From: an uncultured Ignavibacteria bacterium | GTDB taxonomy: Bacteria; Bacteroidota; Ignavibacteria; UBA10030; UBA6906 | Length of the DNA: 64,000 bases | Direction of reading: 5' to 3' | Assembly: GCA_963701735.1 (NCBI GenBank) | Contig: CAVPBI010000019.1 | Location: forward strand, 948 to 64,947 | In this document: positions 28,723 through 39,929 of the stretch, one piece after another | Layout of the letters: every line of letters begins with the position of its first letter | Numbering within the stretch: position 1 is the stretch's first letter | Program-made: the position numbers and the translations under genes | Notes under the pieces: generated by a model | Seen by the model: the letters and a program-made list of their open reading frames with translations, nothing else | Told to the model about the DNA's origin: nothing | Database searches by the model: none

Positions 28723-31225
28723 TCAACCCCTGGCTCGAAGCGCCCCGAAACCGTATCCCCTCGACCGCAAGGCGCGAATCAGATCCCCGAGGCGCGTGTA
28801 GAGTTTGTCGGTCCGTCGCGGATCGGTTCCGATATGCAGAAGCAACAACGCTCCGTTCAATCCCATGCTTGAGGATTCCTCCACCCGCATCACCCGAGCC
28901 ATGATCGAGTCACTGCTTGCGTACTGCGCGCCCATCTCCGGGTGCGTGTAATCCGCATTCGTGTACGTGCCCGGCGTGAGGTTCACCAGGGTGACCCCTA
29001 CCGAATCGCACCATTGCGCCACCTCCGAATTGTACCATTCATACGGCGGCAGGAAATACGGGGCCCGCTCCTTCGTGAGCCCGAACGGCGTCATGGCGCT
29101 GTAGTTCGCGGCCAGGTCCGCGAGGAATTCCTTCCTGGTCACCAGCAAGGAATCGCGTCGCGACCAGTCGGCATACAAGAGATGCCGGTCTGAGTGGGGG
29201 CCAAGATAGTGGCCGTCTGCCGCAAGCGAGCGGATGAGCGGGGCGAAGGCGGGATTTCTGTAGAAGTCTCCGGTGAAGAAGAATGACGCACGGACGGACT
29301 CCTCCTGAAGAGTCTTCCGTATGCTCTCTCCGCCGTCGGCGTATTCGTGCCCCGAGAACATCAGGTACACAACCCTGGAGGTTGTGTCCATCCTGACAAT
29401 GCCGCCCTGATCGACGCGCGACGGTTGCAGCAATCGCTGTCCTTTCCCGTCCTGCTCCAGGAGTGCGAACGGGAGCGTGAGGCTCGCAGTCCCGTCCATC
29501 GTCGGTTCGTTCGTGGAGTAGTCGCCCCAGTCGTCGTGGTAGACCGCGAGATCAGACTGGAACGCACCGAACGCGTCCGGCTTGCTGAGATGGATGCCGA
29601 TGAGAGCGTTGAATATCGATCCGTAGACGGGTCCGTCCACCAACCCGCCGTCGATCGGGTACCCGTACACATGGGAGAGGGCCGAATGGGGATCCTTCGG
29701 GGCCGTGCCCCACGAGGGGAGTCCGACGATCATGCTGGTCCCCCACGGATTGCACCCCAGGAGCCAGTCGCGCAACGAACCCTGCATGGCCATATACGTG
29801 GAATCGAACGAGAGTTGCCCGTACAGCATGCTCTGGGCAAGCAACGCGCTCACGAGGTTGTTCGAGCACCAGATGAACGGGACCCCGAAGAGGAACGGGT
29901 TCGCGCGACCGCGGGCATACACAGTGTCGATGCCCCGTCGGAGTGACGCGATTGCGGAATCAGTTGTGCCGGGAGTGGCTGTCCGGCTATTGGCACGAGC
30001 GCGGAGAACGCGGCCGTGATTCATGAACGGATACCACTGGTAGTGCCGCGCGCGGTCGGCCCCCATCCACGGCGTGAGCGGCTCGAGCGCTGCATACGTC
30101 ATCGCCTTTCGCCTGGTAGCTGGTATCGCCCGTGAGCTCGTAGAGGGCTGCGGCGGCGAGCTCCATGTCGTCTGCCCAGCTGTCCTCCTCGTAGAAGTAC
30201 GGTGCCTTGCAGGGGGCTGTCTGGCACACGCCGGGATGCTCTTCGCCGAACGCAAAAGCCGTCACCGCGCGCTCGTGGAGGAGATGTGCGGCATCAGGAT
30301 CCGACCCGGCGAACACGAGCGCTCCGAGGGCGAAGGCGGAAGCGAACTTTCCTGCAGTCGAGGCGACCCCGGTGGTGCGGTTCTTGAACTCGAAGATCCC
30401 CTGCGGCTCGCCGTTGACAAAATAGACGGGGCGTTCCCGCCCGCGGCCGTAGTCGACGGTATCCTCGGTAGGGAGGCGAAAACCCCGATGGTCCCGGTCG
30501 TCGGCAATCTGGTTGTACATCTCGCGCGGCGCGGGGTTCATCTTCAGGAGCCACTTGATTCCCCAGCCGGCTTCGTCAAGGATGTCGGAAACACCGTTCG
30601 CTCCGGGTCTGCCCGACGCGTCGAATGCATCCCGAAAGACTCCGGGCGCGGCCCGGTAGGCGATCAGCATCGAGACGACGGCCGTGGCCGATGTCGTCAC
30701 GTACTGCAGGTAGTCCGATGCATCATGCCATCCGCCGACCACGTCAATGAACGTGGAGTCGAATCCCGGGCGGTACACGACATATCCATCTCGCGTATGA
30801 CAGGAGTCGTTCAGGAAGGGGTTATAGCCGCACCTCTGCTGGCGCATGTAGTGAAGCAGGAAGTCCGCCGTCCCGTCGTACACATGAGGCCCTATGCGAA
30901 ACGAGGGCGAGACCTCTCCGCCGGCGCGGATATAGTACGCTCCGTCGCTCGTGAACCGGGAGAAGTCAAGTCGATACGATGCGCGGAATGGTCCGTACGC
31001 TCCGCATGAGGCGACGGCCGTCGATCGCCAGACCGGATCGTGCGTGAGCGCATCGTGCAGGGCAAACTCTCCGATGTGCAGCGAGCTGTCCGACGTTCCG
31101 AGCACGGCCACCTTCATCGAGACAGGCAGATAGCCGAGCTGATTGACGCGAATCCACGTGCCGCCCTGGGCGGTGGTGACGAGTACCAGCGTGAGAAGCG
31201 TCGCGAGGCTGTTGGCCCTGGGCAT
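28723..31225 (-). CDS. Secreted glycoside hydrolase family 9 enzyme fused to a C-terminal polysaccharide deacetylase (CE4/NodB-like) domain. A frameshift near 30101-30113 splits it into two ORFs.
   Basis: Signal peptide MPRANSLATLLTLVLVTTAQG. GH9 motifs GGWHDASDY and DEAGWGIKWLLKM lie in the upstream ORF. WMGADRARHYQW and the catalytic signature YHDDWGDYSTNE lie in the downstream ORF, followed by VVYLMFSGHEYADGG...FFFTGDF (NodB-like). The two ORFs overlap by about 270 nt in adjacent frames. Confidence 0.75.
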
Positions 31226-31518
31226 GAGAATCCTCCGTTGAGGGACAGTCTACAGGAGTGGCGCAAGAAAGGCAAGACAAGATCGTCCTATGGGCAAGGA
31301 GAGTGCGGCGTTGCGTCGATGCCGCACACCCGGGCGGCATTCTCCGAAGTAGTTCATCTCCCCTGACGCGCCGCGCCGGCCCCGCCTGCCGGCAAGAACC
31401 AGCAGGAGGCGGGTTGCCGCCGACTTTGAGCGGCAGGAGCGCGCCGTGCGGGGTGGCGCTTGACTCACACTCCCCGGATTGGTATCATAAATTCTGTTCT
31501 TTTGAAAGGACCCATTGT

Positions 31519-32091
31519 ATGCGTCATGGTAGCGTAGTGTTCGCCGCGACAGTCGCGGCGCTTGTGGTGCTTGCGGGATGTCAGTCCAAGAAATCAGACG
31601 CGTCGGGTTCCGGCGCGGATCTGCTGGGAAAGGCCACGGGCACGGTTGCGGGCGTGAAGTGGACGGTGCCGGGTCGCTGGAGCGCGCAGGCGGAACGACC
31701 GATGCGCGTTGCCACGTACACGATTCCCGCGACCGAAGGGGATCAGGAGGGTGCGGAGTGCGTCGTGTCGTTCTTCGGTTCAGGCCAGGGTGGCCCCGTG
31801 GAGATGAACATCGATCGCTGGAAAGGGCAGTTTGAGAAGCCCGAAGAGGTGGCGAGAAACTCCGCGGACGTGAACGGCGTACCGGTCACGACCGTCGAGC
31901 TTGCCGGAACGTATCTCGCCCCCGGGGGACCGATGATGCAGTCCACCGGGAAGAAGGAGGGCGCGCGGCTCCTCGGGGCGGTCATCACCGCACCGGAAGG
32001 GATGGTGTTCTTCAAGATGACCGGGCCGTCGAAGACGGTCGACGCGGGACGGAAGGAATTCCACGCGATGGTGAATTCGCTCAGCAAGTAG
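31519..32091 (+). CDS. Hypothetical lipoprotein.
   Basis: AAAGGA lies 8 nt upstream. Lipobox VVLAGC. A TTGACT-17-TATCAT promoter sits about 40-70 nt upstream. Confidence 0.55.
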   Translation: MRHGSVVFAATVAALVVLAGCQSKKSDASGSGADLLGKATGTVAGVKWTVPGRWSAQAERPMRVATYTIPATEGDQEGAECVVSFFGSGQGGPVEMNIDRWKGQFEKPEEVARNSADVNGVPVTTVELAGTYLAPGGPMMQSTGKKEGARLLGAVITAPEGMVFFKMTGPSKTVDAGRKEFHAMVNSLSK

Positions 32092-32116
32092 CAGAAACAG
32101 CATCGAGAGCATCTGA

Positions 32117-32152
32117 ACGCCTCGTCCCCGGTCAATGCGGGACGGGGCGTTC
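32117..32152. terminator. Bidirectional stem-loop terminator between convergent genes.
   Basis: ACGCCTCGTCCCCGG-tcaatg-CGGGACGGGGCGT. Confidence 0.55.
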
Positions 32153-32170
32153 GTGTTGTACCGGTCGTGG

Positions 32171-32482
32171 CTACGTTACGGCCTGAGGTCGCTGCCCGGC
32201 CGCGGTGCTCGCCCGCCGCGCGAACTCGACATCCAGCGTGGTAAGCCCCCCGGCGTCGTGCGTCACGAGTTCGATCCGGACCCTGTTATAGACGTTCGAC
32301 CACTCCGGATGATGGTTCATGGACTCCGCGATCAGCGCGACGCTCGACATGAACCCGAACGCCTGCACGAAATCCTGAAACACAAAATCCCTGCGCAGTT
32401 TTCCTTCGACCAGCTCCCATCCGGGGATCGAGGGAAGGGTGGCGTAGATCTGATCAGGGGTGAGTTGAGTGCGGGCCGGCAT
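32171..32482 (-). CDS. phhB: Pterin-4a-carbinolamine dehydratase.
   Basis: Motif NHHPEW.NVYNRV is diagnostic of PCD/DCoH. The start is MPARTQL at 32482. Confidence 0.85.
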   Translation of the reverse strand: MPARTQLTPDQIYATLPSIPGWELVEGKLRRDFVFQDFVQAFGFMSSVALIAESMNHHPEWSNVYNRVRIELVTHDAGGLTTLDVEFARRASTAAGQRPQAVT

Positions 32483-32625
32483 GGCAGTCTCCTCGAGACG
32501 GTGATGATGATCTATACCGACGGCGTCGAACAATGTCAAGGGACCGCGGCGCGCCGGGTCCGGTGCATCTCACCTCAGGGTTTGCTATATTGCCCCATTC
32601 TCGCACCACGTCTCCGGATCCGACC

Positions 32626-33621
32626 ATGTCTTCCCCTCTGATTCTCTCAGGCGATATCGGCGGCACCAAAACGCACCTTGCGGCCTATTCCAGCAACGGC
32701 GACGATCTCATCCCGGTGTTCGAACGAACGTACCGCAGCCGTGATTTCGACGGACTTCCGGCGGTTCTCGAGGCAATGCTCGGTGAACGGCCGATGGAGG
32801 TCGCCGCCGCGGCGTTCGGGATCGCCGGTCCCATCGTCGAACACAGGAGCAAGCTGACAAACCTCGGGTGGGACGTGGACGGGCAGGAGGTGGCGGACTG
32901 CCTCAAGCTGAAGCACGTCGGCCTCCTGAATGACCTCGAGGCGATGGCGTATGGGACGCTCAGGCTCCGCGAGAACGAGCGGGTCGTACTGCAAAAAGGG
33001 AAGCGCCAGGAACGACGGACGATCGCGGTTATCGCCGCGGGCACAGGCCTCGGCGAGGCGGGCTTGCTCTGGGACGGACGCCGCTATCTTTCGATCCCGA
33101 CGGAGGGCGGACACAGCGACTTCGGTCCGCGGAACGAACTGGAGATCGAGCTGCTGCGCTTTCTGCTCGGGCGACACAAGCGCGTGAGCTACGAGCGGAT
33201 CGTGTGCGGACCCGGGCTCAAAAACACCTACGACTTCTTCCGCCACCGGTCGGGTATGCCGGAGCCCGACTGGCTCACCTCCGAATTTGCCACCGGTGAT
33301 CCTGCCGCGGTCATCGCGCGTGCTGGAAGCAGCGGCAAGGATGCGGTCTGCAAGGAAACGCTTGACCTCTTTGTTTCGCTCTATGGGGCAGAGGCAGGAA
33401 ACCTGGCGCTCAAGTTGTGCTCGACGGGCGGCGTCTTCGTCGGAGGCGGTATTGCCCCGAAGCTCCTCCCGCTCATCCAGCAGGGCTCTTTCATGCATTC
33501 GTTCGTGTTCAAGGGACGCTATCAGCCGCTGCTGGAACAGATGCCTGTGGAGGTGATCTTGAATGAGAAGGCCGGGCTCATCGGAGCGGCACATTACGCG
33601 CAGGTCTTCGAGATGCAGTGA
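32626..33621 (+). CDS. glk: Glucokinase (Glk family).
   Basis: LSGDIGGTKTHLA is the N-terminal ATP-binding motif of the glucokinase family. Length is about 330 aa. Confidence 0.8.
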   Translation: MSSPLILSGDIGGTKTHLAAYSSNGDDLIPVFERTYRSRDFDGLPAVLEAMLGERPMEVAAAAFGIAGPIVEHRSKLTNLGWDVDGQEVADCLKLKHVGLLNDLEAMAYGTLRLRENERVVLQKGKRQERRTIAVIAAGTGLGEAGLLWDGRRYLSIPTEGGHSDFGPRNELEIELLRFLLGRHKRVSYERIVCGPGLKNTYDFFRHRSGMPEPDWLTSEFATGDPAAVIARAGSSGKDAVCKETLDLFVSLYGAEAGNLALKLCSTGGVFVGGGIAPKLLPLIQQGSFMHSFVFKGRYQPLLEQMPVEVILNEKAGLIGAAHYAQVFEMQ

Positions 33622-33644
33622 CCCCCCGGAGGAGTGCCCCCCCC

Positions 33645-35156
33645 ATGCCTACACTCGCGGCCATCGATGTTGGTTCGAACGCCATCCGGCTCGCCATCGC
33701 CGAGGTGGATGGCAACCAGCTCATCACTGTCGTCAACCTCGTGCGGGAATCTGTCCGCCTGGGGCAGGATGTCTTCACCTCCTCGATGATTTCGGAAGAG
33801 ACGATCGACAAGGCGGTCCAGTCGTTCAAGAACTTCCGGGAGGCGATTGATCAGGCCGGCGTACGGTGGACACGAGCCGTGGCGACGAGCGCGATGCGGG
33901 AAGCGCTCAACCGTGATATCTTTGTCGACCGCATTGCCCAGGCATCGGGCATCGATGTCGCCACCATCAGCAGCGAGGAGGAAGCGCGCCTGATCCACCT
34001 CGCCGTGGCGCAGCGGATCAGCATGCGGAACAAGGCCGCGCTGCTGGTGGACATCGGCGGCGGCAGCACGGAGGTGACGCTCGCGACTGGAGGGAATATC
34101 CTCTCCACGGAAAGCTTCAAGATGGGCGCGGTGCGGATGCTGCAGCAGCTGGAGGGGAAGAAGCACGGCGAGCGACACTTCAATCAGCTCGTGCAGGAGT
34201 ATGTGGACGCCACGCAGAAGCGGATCAAGCGGGAGGTCGGCAATCGCACCATCGACCTGTGCGTCGGGACGGGTGGCAACGTGGACACGATCGGGGAGCT
34301 GCGGAAGCAGATCCTTGGCAAGGATCGGGATACGGTCGTCACGCTCTCCGACCTTGACTCGCTGATCAAGCGCCTGCAGGCGCTCACGTACGAGGAGCGG
34401 GTCTCGCAGCTGCGCCTTCGGCCGGACCGGGCCGATGTGATCGTCCCGGCGGCGGTGATCCTGCAGCAGATCATGAAGCAGGCGCGGGTGGACGAGGCAC
34501 AGATTCCGCACGTGGGGCTGAAGGACGGGCTCCTCATCGACATGGTGCAGGAGCTGTACGGCGACAAGCGTGCCCTCAACCGCGAACAGGTGATCGCCTC
34601 CGCGACGCAGCTGGGGCGGAAGTACGCGTTCGACGAGCAGCACGGGACCACGGTGGCCCGGCACGCCGTGGAGCTCTTTGACAGAACCCGCAACCTCCAC
34701 AACCTCTCGCTCGAGCACCGGCCTCTGCTGGAAGTGGCGGCACTCCTGCACGACATCGGCAACTTTGTGAATTCCACCGACCATCACAAGCACACGCAGT
34801 ACCTGCTGATGTCGTCGCCGATCGTGGGGCTGACCGAGGACCAGATGGCGCTCGTGTCCAACGTCGCGCGCTACCACCGGAAGTCGATGCCCAAGCCCCA
34901 GCACGACCTGTACCGCATGCTGTCGTCGAAGGACCGGGTGGTGGTGTCGAAGCTGGCGGCGATCCTCAGGCTGGCCGACGCGATGGACAACGAGCACGCG
35001 TCAAAGGTCAGCGCTTTCGACGTGGACTACAGGCGCCCGAAATTCACGGTCCGGCTTCGGGGCGAGGGGGATCTCCTGCTCGAAAAGTGGTCGTTGATGA
35101 AGAAAGCCCAGATGTTTGAAGAAGTGTTCAGCGTCCGGTTGGTGCTGGAGGAGTAG
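33645..35156 (+). CDS. ppx: Exopolyphosphatase / guanosine pentaphosphate phosphohydrolase (Ppx/GppA) with a C-terminal HD domain.
   Basis: GGAGGAG lies 10 nt upstream of the ATG. AAIDVGSNAIRLAIAEV is the Ppx/GppA motif. The HD-like motif is LLHDIGNFVNSTDHHKH. Confidence 0.85.
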   Translation: MPTLAAIDVGSNAIRLAIAEVDGNQLITVVNLVRESVRLGQDVFTSSMISEETIDKAVQSFKNFREAIDQAGVRWTRAVATSAMREALNRDIFVDRIAQASGIDVATISSEEEARLIHLAVAQRISMRNKAALLVDIGGGSTEVTLATGGNILSTESFKMGAVRMLQQLEGKKHGERHFNQLVQEYVDATQKRIKREVGNRTIDLCVGTGGNVDTIGELRKQILGKDRDTVVTLSDLDSLIKRLQALTYEERVSQLRLRPDRADVIVPAAVILQQIMKQARVDEAQIPHVGLKDGLLIDMVQELYGDKRALNREQVIASATQLGRKYAFDEQHGTTVARHAVELFDRTRNLHNLSLEHRPLLEVAALLHDIGNFVNSTDHHKHTQYLLMSSPIVGLTEDQMALVSNVARYHRKSMPKPQHDLYRMLSSKDRVVVSKLAAILRLADAMDNEHASKVSAFDVDYRRPKFTVRLRGEGDLLLEKWSLMKKAQMFEEVFSVRLVLEE

Positions 35157-35287
35157 ATGACGCGCGCCTCAGCATCGGGTCGGCGGTTCGGCACCGCGAT
35201 CCCGGGTCAGGGTGGTGGCTCCGGGACCGCCGGACATCGGGGCTATCCTGACCGCGTCGCTCAGAGGAGCGGTGGCGCACGTTCCAG

Positions 35288-36223
35288 ATGCAGCTCCGCC
35301 GCACGCGCCGCAGGAGCACCGAGGCCTCGGTGCATGACCTGAGAGTATCAATGCGCCGGCTGATGGCGACCGCTGACATGATCCGCACGCTCGTCCCGGA
35401 CGAGGGGCTTGAGAAGACACGGCGGTCATTGCGGAAGCACCTCAAGGCGTTCAACCAGCTGCGCGATACGCACATCCAGATTCTCGCTTTGCGCGCACTC
35501 GCACGGGAGTATCCGCCGCTTCGTCAGCTTGGTGCGGAACTGCGCGCGCGCGAGGCGAAGCTGATCCGGGCGGCGCGCGGGACCATCGCCTCGATCAAGC
35601 CGACACAGCTGGAGCGCTCGCTGGCGGACGTGTCGGTGCGACTTGGCACGCTCCTGCGCCTTCCCGGGATGCAGGGTGTTGCAACGGCGACTGTCGTCGG
35701 AGCGATGGGCGCCGCGTTTGCGCGGGCGTTTGAGGTGCGCCAGCAGGTGAACCCGGGCGACCCTTCGAGCATCCACCGTCTGAGGGTCGTGTTCAAGAGA
35801 TGCCGCTACATGATGGAGGTGCTGCAGCCGATCCTGCCCGGCGTCGACAAGCGCTTCCTGAAATCGCTGAACGCCTATCAGACGCGGATGGGTGATATCC
35901 AGGATATGCAGGTGATCACGGCGTGCGTGAACAGCTTCACACTGAACAGCCGGTACGCGCCGACGCTCTCACTCGTGCCCGTCCAGCAGCGCCTCGCAGA
36001 AATGCGGAAGCAGAGGGTCGACGAGTTCCTCGCCCGTGCGGACGAGCTGTATGCTCTCTGGGTGACGGCGAGAGTCGAGCCGCACGTCCCTGCATCCCCG
36101 GCGGCCAGACCACGCAGGACGTCACGCGCAGACAGTGGTCCCAGCGTCGTGCGCAAAGCGCGCACGTCCATCGCACGGCGTCCCGCGCGTCGCGGGATCA
36201 GGCGGCGTCCCGCGCGCCACTGA
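35288..36223 (+). CDS. CHAD-domain protein (polyphosphate-associated).
   Basis: VHDLRVSMRRLMA and IHRLRVVFKRCRYMMEVL are typical CHAD helices. It sits next to ppx. Confidence 0.7.
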   Translation: MQLRRTRRRSTEASVHDLRVSMRRLMATADMIRTLVPDEGLEKTRRSLRKHLKAFNQLRDTHIQILALRALAREYPPLRQLGAELRAREAKLIRAARGTIASIKPTQLERSLADVSVRLGTLLRLPGMQGVATATVVGAMGAAFARAFEVRQQVNPGDPSSIHRLRVVFKRCRYMMEVLQPILPGVDKRFLKSLNAYQTRMGDIQDMQVITACVNSFTLNSRYAPTLSLVPVQQRLAEMRKQRVDEFLARADELYALWVTARVEPHVPASPAARPRRTSRADSGPSVVRKARTSIARRPARRGIRRRPARH

Positions 36224-36247
36224 CCCACCTTCACCTCAAGGGCTGCA

Positions 36248-36751
36248 ATGGAACTCTACATTCTTCGGCATGGGATCGCCGCCGAGCGCGGATCCGGGGA
36301 GTTTCCGTCGGACAGCCAGCGCCCTCTTACGCCCGATGGCATCAAGAAGCTCAGGCGGATTGTCAGCGCGATGCAATCGCTTGACCTCACGTTCGATCTG
36401 ATCCTCTCCAGCCCGTACGCGCGCACCCGGCAAACGGCGGACATCGTGGCCAAGGGCCTCGGCCTGGAGCGCGCGCTCGAGCTCTCAGCGCTGCTGGAGC
36501 CAGGGGCGGACCTGGAGGCGTTGATCGCCGAGCTCGCGTCGCGAAGGAAGGACGCCGAACGCATCCTCCTCGTCGGCCATGAGCCGATGCTGAGCTCGTT
36601 GATCTCATTGTTGGTGTCAGGCGAAACCGACCTCGAGATCACGCTCAAGAAGGGCGGGCTCTGCAAGCTCGCGATCCGCACCGTGTCTCCGGGTCGGTGC
36701 GCCATCCTCGAGTGGCTTCTCACGCCCAGGCATCTTGTAGCCATCCGGTAG
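36248..36751 (+). CDS. sixA: Phosphohistidine phosphatase SixA.
   Basis: MELYILRHGIA..RPLTPDG...LLVGHEP is the histidine phosphatase RHG motif. Length is 167 aa. Confidence 0.85.
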   Translation: MELYILRHGIAAERGSGEFPSDSQRPLTPDGIKKLRRIVSAMQSLDLTFDLILSSPYARTRQTADIVAKGLGLERALELSALLEPGADLEALIAELASRRKDAERILLVGHEPMLSSLISLLVSGETDLEITLKKGGLCKLAIRTVSPGRCAILEWLLTPRHLVAIR

Positions 36752-36947
36752 GACCGACATCTGCGCCAGATCGTCGCGTTGCGTCCTGACCCGTCGTCCC
36801 CCCTGATCCCATGCAGCCCCCGATCCAGTCGCGCGTCTGCGCCCCCTGTTCACCTCCGGTTTCATTGATTTTCCTGGCCAACTTTCGTAGTATATAGATC
36901 AAGCAATTTTTCGCGATTCCACTTCGAACTGACGCGCTGGAGGCAGA

Positions 36948-37937
<990 letters not shown>

Positions 37938-37995
37938 GAGGGAACACAGCCGAGGGAAGAAGGAACAGGGACGAGGGACGCACGCCCGGGACCGC

Positions 37996-38871
37996 ATGGA
38001 TACCAGAGACATACTCAGGAAAGTACGGTACATCGAGATCAAGACGCGCGGTCTCGTGAACCAGATCTTCTCGGGGGAATACCACAGCGTCTTCAAAGGA
38101 CGGGGGATCGAGTTCAGCGAAGTGCGGGAGTACCAGTACGGCGACGACATCCGCACCATCGACTGGAACGTCTCCGCGCGGCTCAACCACCCGTACGTCA
38201 AAGTGTTCGAAGAAGAGCGCGAGCTGACGGTCATGCTGGTCGTCGACCTGAGCGGCTCGGGCGGCTTCGGCAGCGCGACGCAGCTGAAGAATGAGATCGC
38301 TACGGAGATCTGCGCCGTCCTCGCGTTCTCGGCGATCAAGAACAACGACAAGGTCGGCCTGCTTCTCTTCACGGACAAGATCGAAAAGTTCGTCTCGCCC
38401 AAGAAAGGCCGTGCGCACATCCTCCGCATCATCCGGGAGCTGCTCTCCTTTCAGCCGACGGGCAGCGGGACCGACATCACGAAGGCCCTGGAGTATTTCA
38501 ATCACGTGTCGAAGAAGCGGTCGATCGCGTTCCTCATCTCTGACTTCATCGACGACGGGTACGACAAGATTCTGCGAATCATCAGCCGCAAGCACGACGT
38601 GATCGCGGTGGAGCTGTCGGACCCTCGCGAGATGGCGCTGCCCAGCGCCGGCCTGCTGGTGCTGCGCGACGCGGAGACCGGGGAGCAGCGGGTGGTGGAT
38701 ACCGGCAACGCGGTCGTCCGCAACGAATTCGAGCGGCACTGGCGCCAGCGGCGGCTGGACCGGCGAGGCATCTTCGTGAGGAGCAAGGTCGACGCGATCG
38801 AGGTCAGGATCGATAGGCCGTATATCAAGCCGATCGTTGACTTCTTCAGGCTCCGGGAGCGCCGCCTGTGA
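37996..38871 (+). CDS. DUF58-family protein (vWA-like, MoxR partner).
   Basis: YQYGDDIRTIDWNVSARL is the DUF58 signature region. It lies immediately downstream of moxR. Confidence 0.85.
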   Translation: MDTRDILRKVRYIEIKTRGLVNQIFSGEYHSVFKGRGIEFSEVREYQYGDDIRTIDWNVSARLNHPYVKVFEEERELTVMLVVDLSGSGGFGSATQLKNEIATEICAVLAFSAIKNNDKVGLLLFTDKIEKFVSPKKGRAHILRIIRELLSFQPTGSGTDITKALEYFNHVSKKRSIAFLISDFIDDGYDKILRIISRKHDVIAVELSDPREMALPSAGLLVLRDAETGEQRVVDTGNAVVRNEFERHWRQRRLDRRGIFVRSKVDAIEVRIDRPYIKPIVDFFRLRERRL

Positions 38872-39929
38872 AGTTGCCCATGATGACTCTTCTTCTGGCC
38901 GTTGGGCTGGGCTGCATGCCGTTCGGCCCCGGGCGGGCGCAGGCGCAGCCCGTCAAGGCGCTGGCGTCCGCGGATTCCTCGCGTTACTTCATCGGTGACT
39001 GGATCCGCGTGACCGTCGAGCTCCGTCACCCGCGCGGGACCACGTTCCAGCCGTCCGTTCCTGATTCTCTCGGCGGATTTACGGTGCTCCAGCGGCTGCC
39101 GTTCGTGACGATGTCAGACACCGTGACCAGGACTGGCGTCATCATTGCCCGCTACGATTCGGCGTCAGCCATGATCCCGGGTCTGACCTACCTGTCGTCC
39201 GTCCCGGGCGATACCGCCCTGCAGCCCGTGTCAACCAATGCGGTCTCTCTGACTGTCCAACGGGTACAGGTGGACAGTGCCGGGCAGGCGCGCGACATCA
39301 AGCCGGTCATGTCCATCCCGTACACGCTTGCCGAGATTCTCCTGCTCGTCGGAGCGCTCCTCGTGGCGGCAGCGGGCGCGTACGCTGCGTACAGGTATTT
39401 CAAGAAGAAGCGGCAGACGACGGTCGTCGACACGCGGCTTCCCGTGTTGAAGGCCGCGCACGTGGTCGCGTATGAGCAGCTCGCGGTGCTCAAAGAGAAG
39501 CGGCTGTGGCAGCAGGGGAAGGTGAAAGAGTATCATTCGGAGCTGACGGACATTCTGCGGCGGTATCTCGAAGACCGGTTCGGCATGATGGCCCTCGAGG
39601 AGACGACGGGAGAGATCATCGAGGGGCTGCACCGGATGAAGCTTCTGCCGAGGATCATTGGCGATGTCTCGGCGGTTCTCGTGCGGGCGGACCTTGTGAA
39701 GTTCGCGAAGCATATGCCGGAGATCGGCGAGCACGACGCCAGCCTGAAGTCGGTCTACGATGTCGTCGAGCGCACGAAGGCAGCACCGTCGCCATCCGGT
39801 CTGCCGTCCCAGTCGCCATCGGCGCCGGTGCCAGCCACGCCGTCGACTCCCGGGCAACCCAGGCCGTCGGCCACAGGGCGGAGTCCGAAGCCGGCCGCGG
39901 ACAAGGAGGGCGCCCATGTGGGGGCCTAA
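38868..39929 (+). CDS. Hypothetical membrane protein of the Bat operon. Its position matches the DUF4381-type protein found between DUF58 and batA.
   Basis: Signal peptide, a central TM segment (ILLLVGALLVAAAGAYAAYRYFKKKR), and a Pro/Ser-rich C terminus. Its start overlaps the upstream stop. Confidence 0.55.
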   Translation: MKLPMMTLLLAVGLGCMPFGPGRAQAQPVKALASADSSRYFIGDWIRVTVELRHPRGTTFQPSVPDSLGGFTVLQRLPFVTMSDTVTRTGVIIARYDSASAMIPGLTYLSSVPGDTALQPVSTNAVSLTVQRVQVDSAGQARDIKPVMSIPYTLAEILLLVGALLVAAAGAYAAYRYFKKKRQTTVVDTRLPVLKAAHVVAYEQLAVLKEKRLWQQGKVKEYHSELTDILRRYLEDRFGMMALEETTGEIIEGLHRMKLLPRIIGDVSAVLVRADLVKFAKHMPEIGEHDASLKSVYDVVERTKAAPSPSGLPSQSPSAPVPATPSTPGQPRPSATGRSPKPAADKEGAHVGA

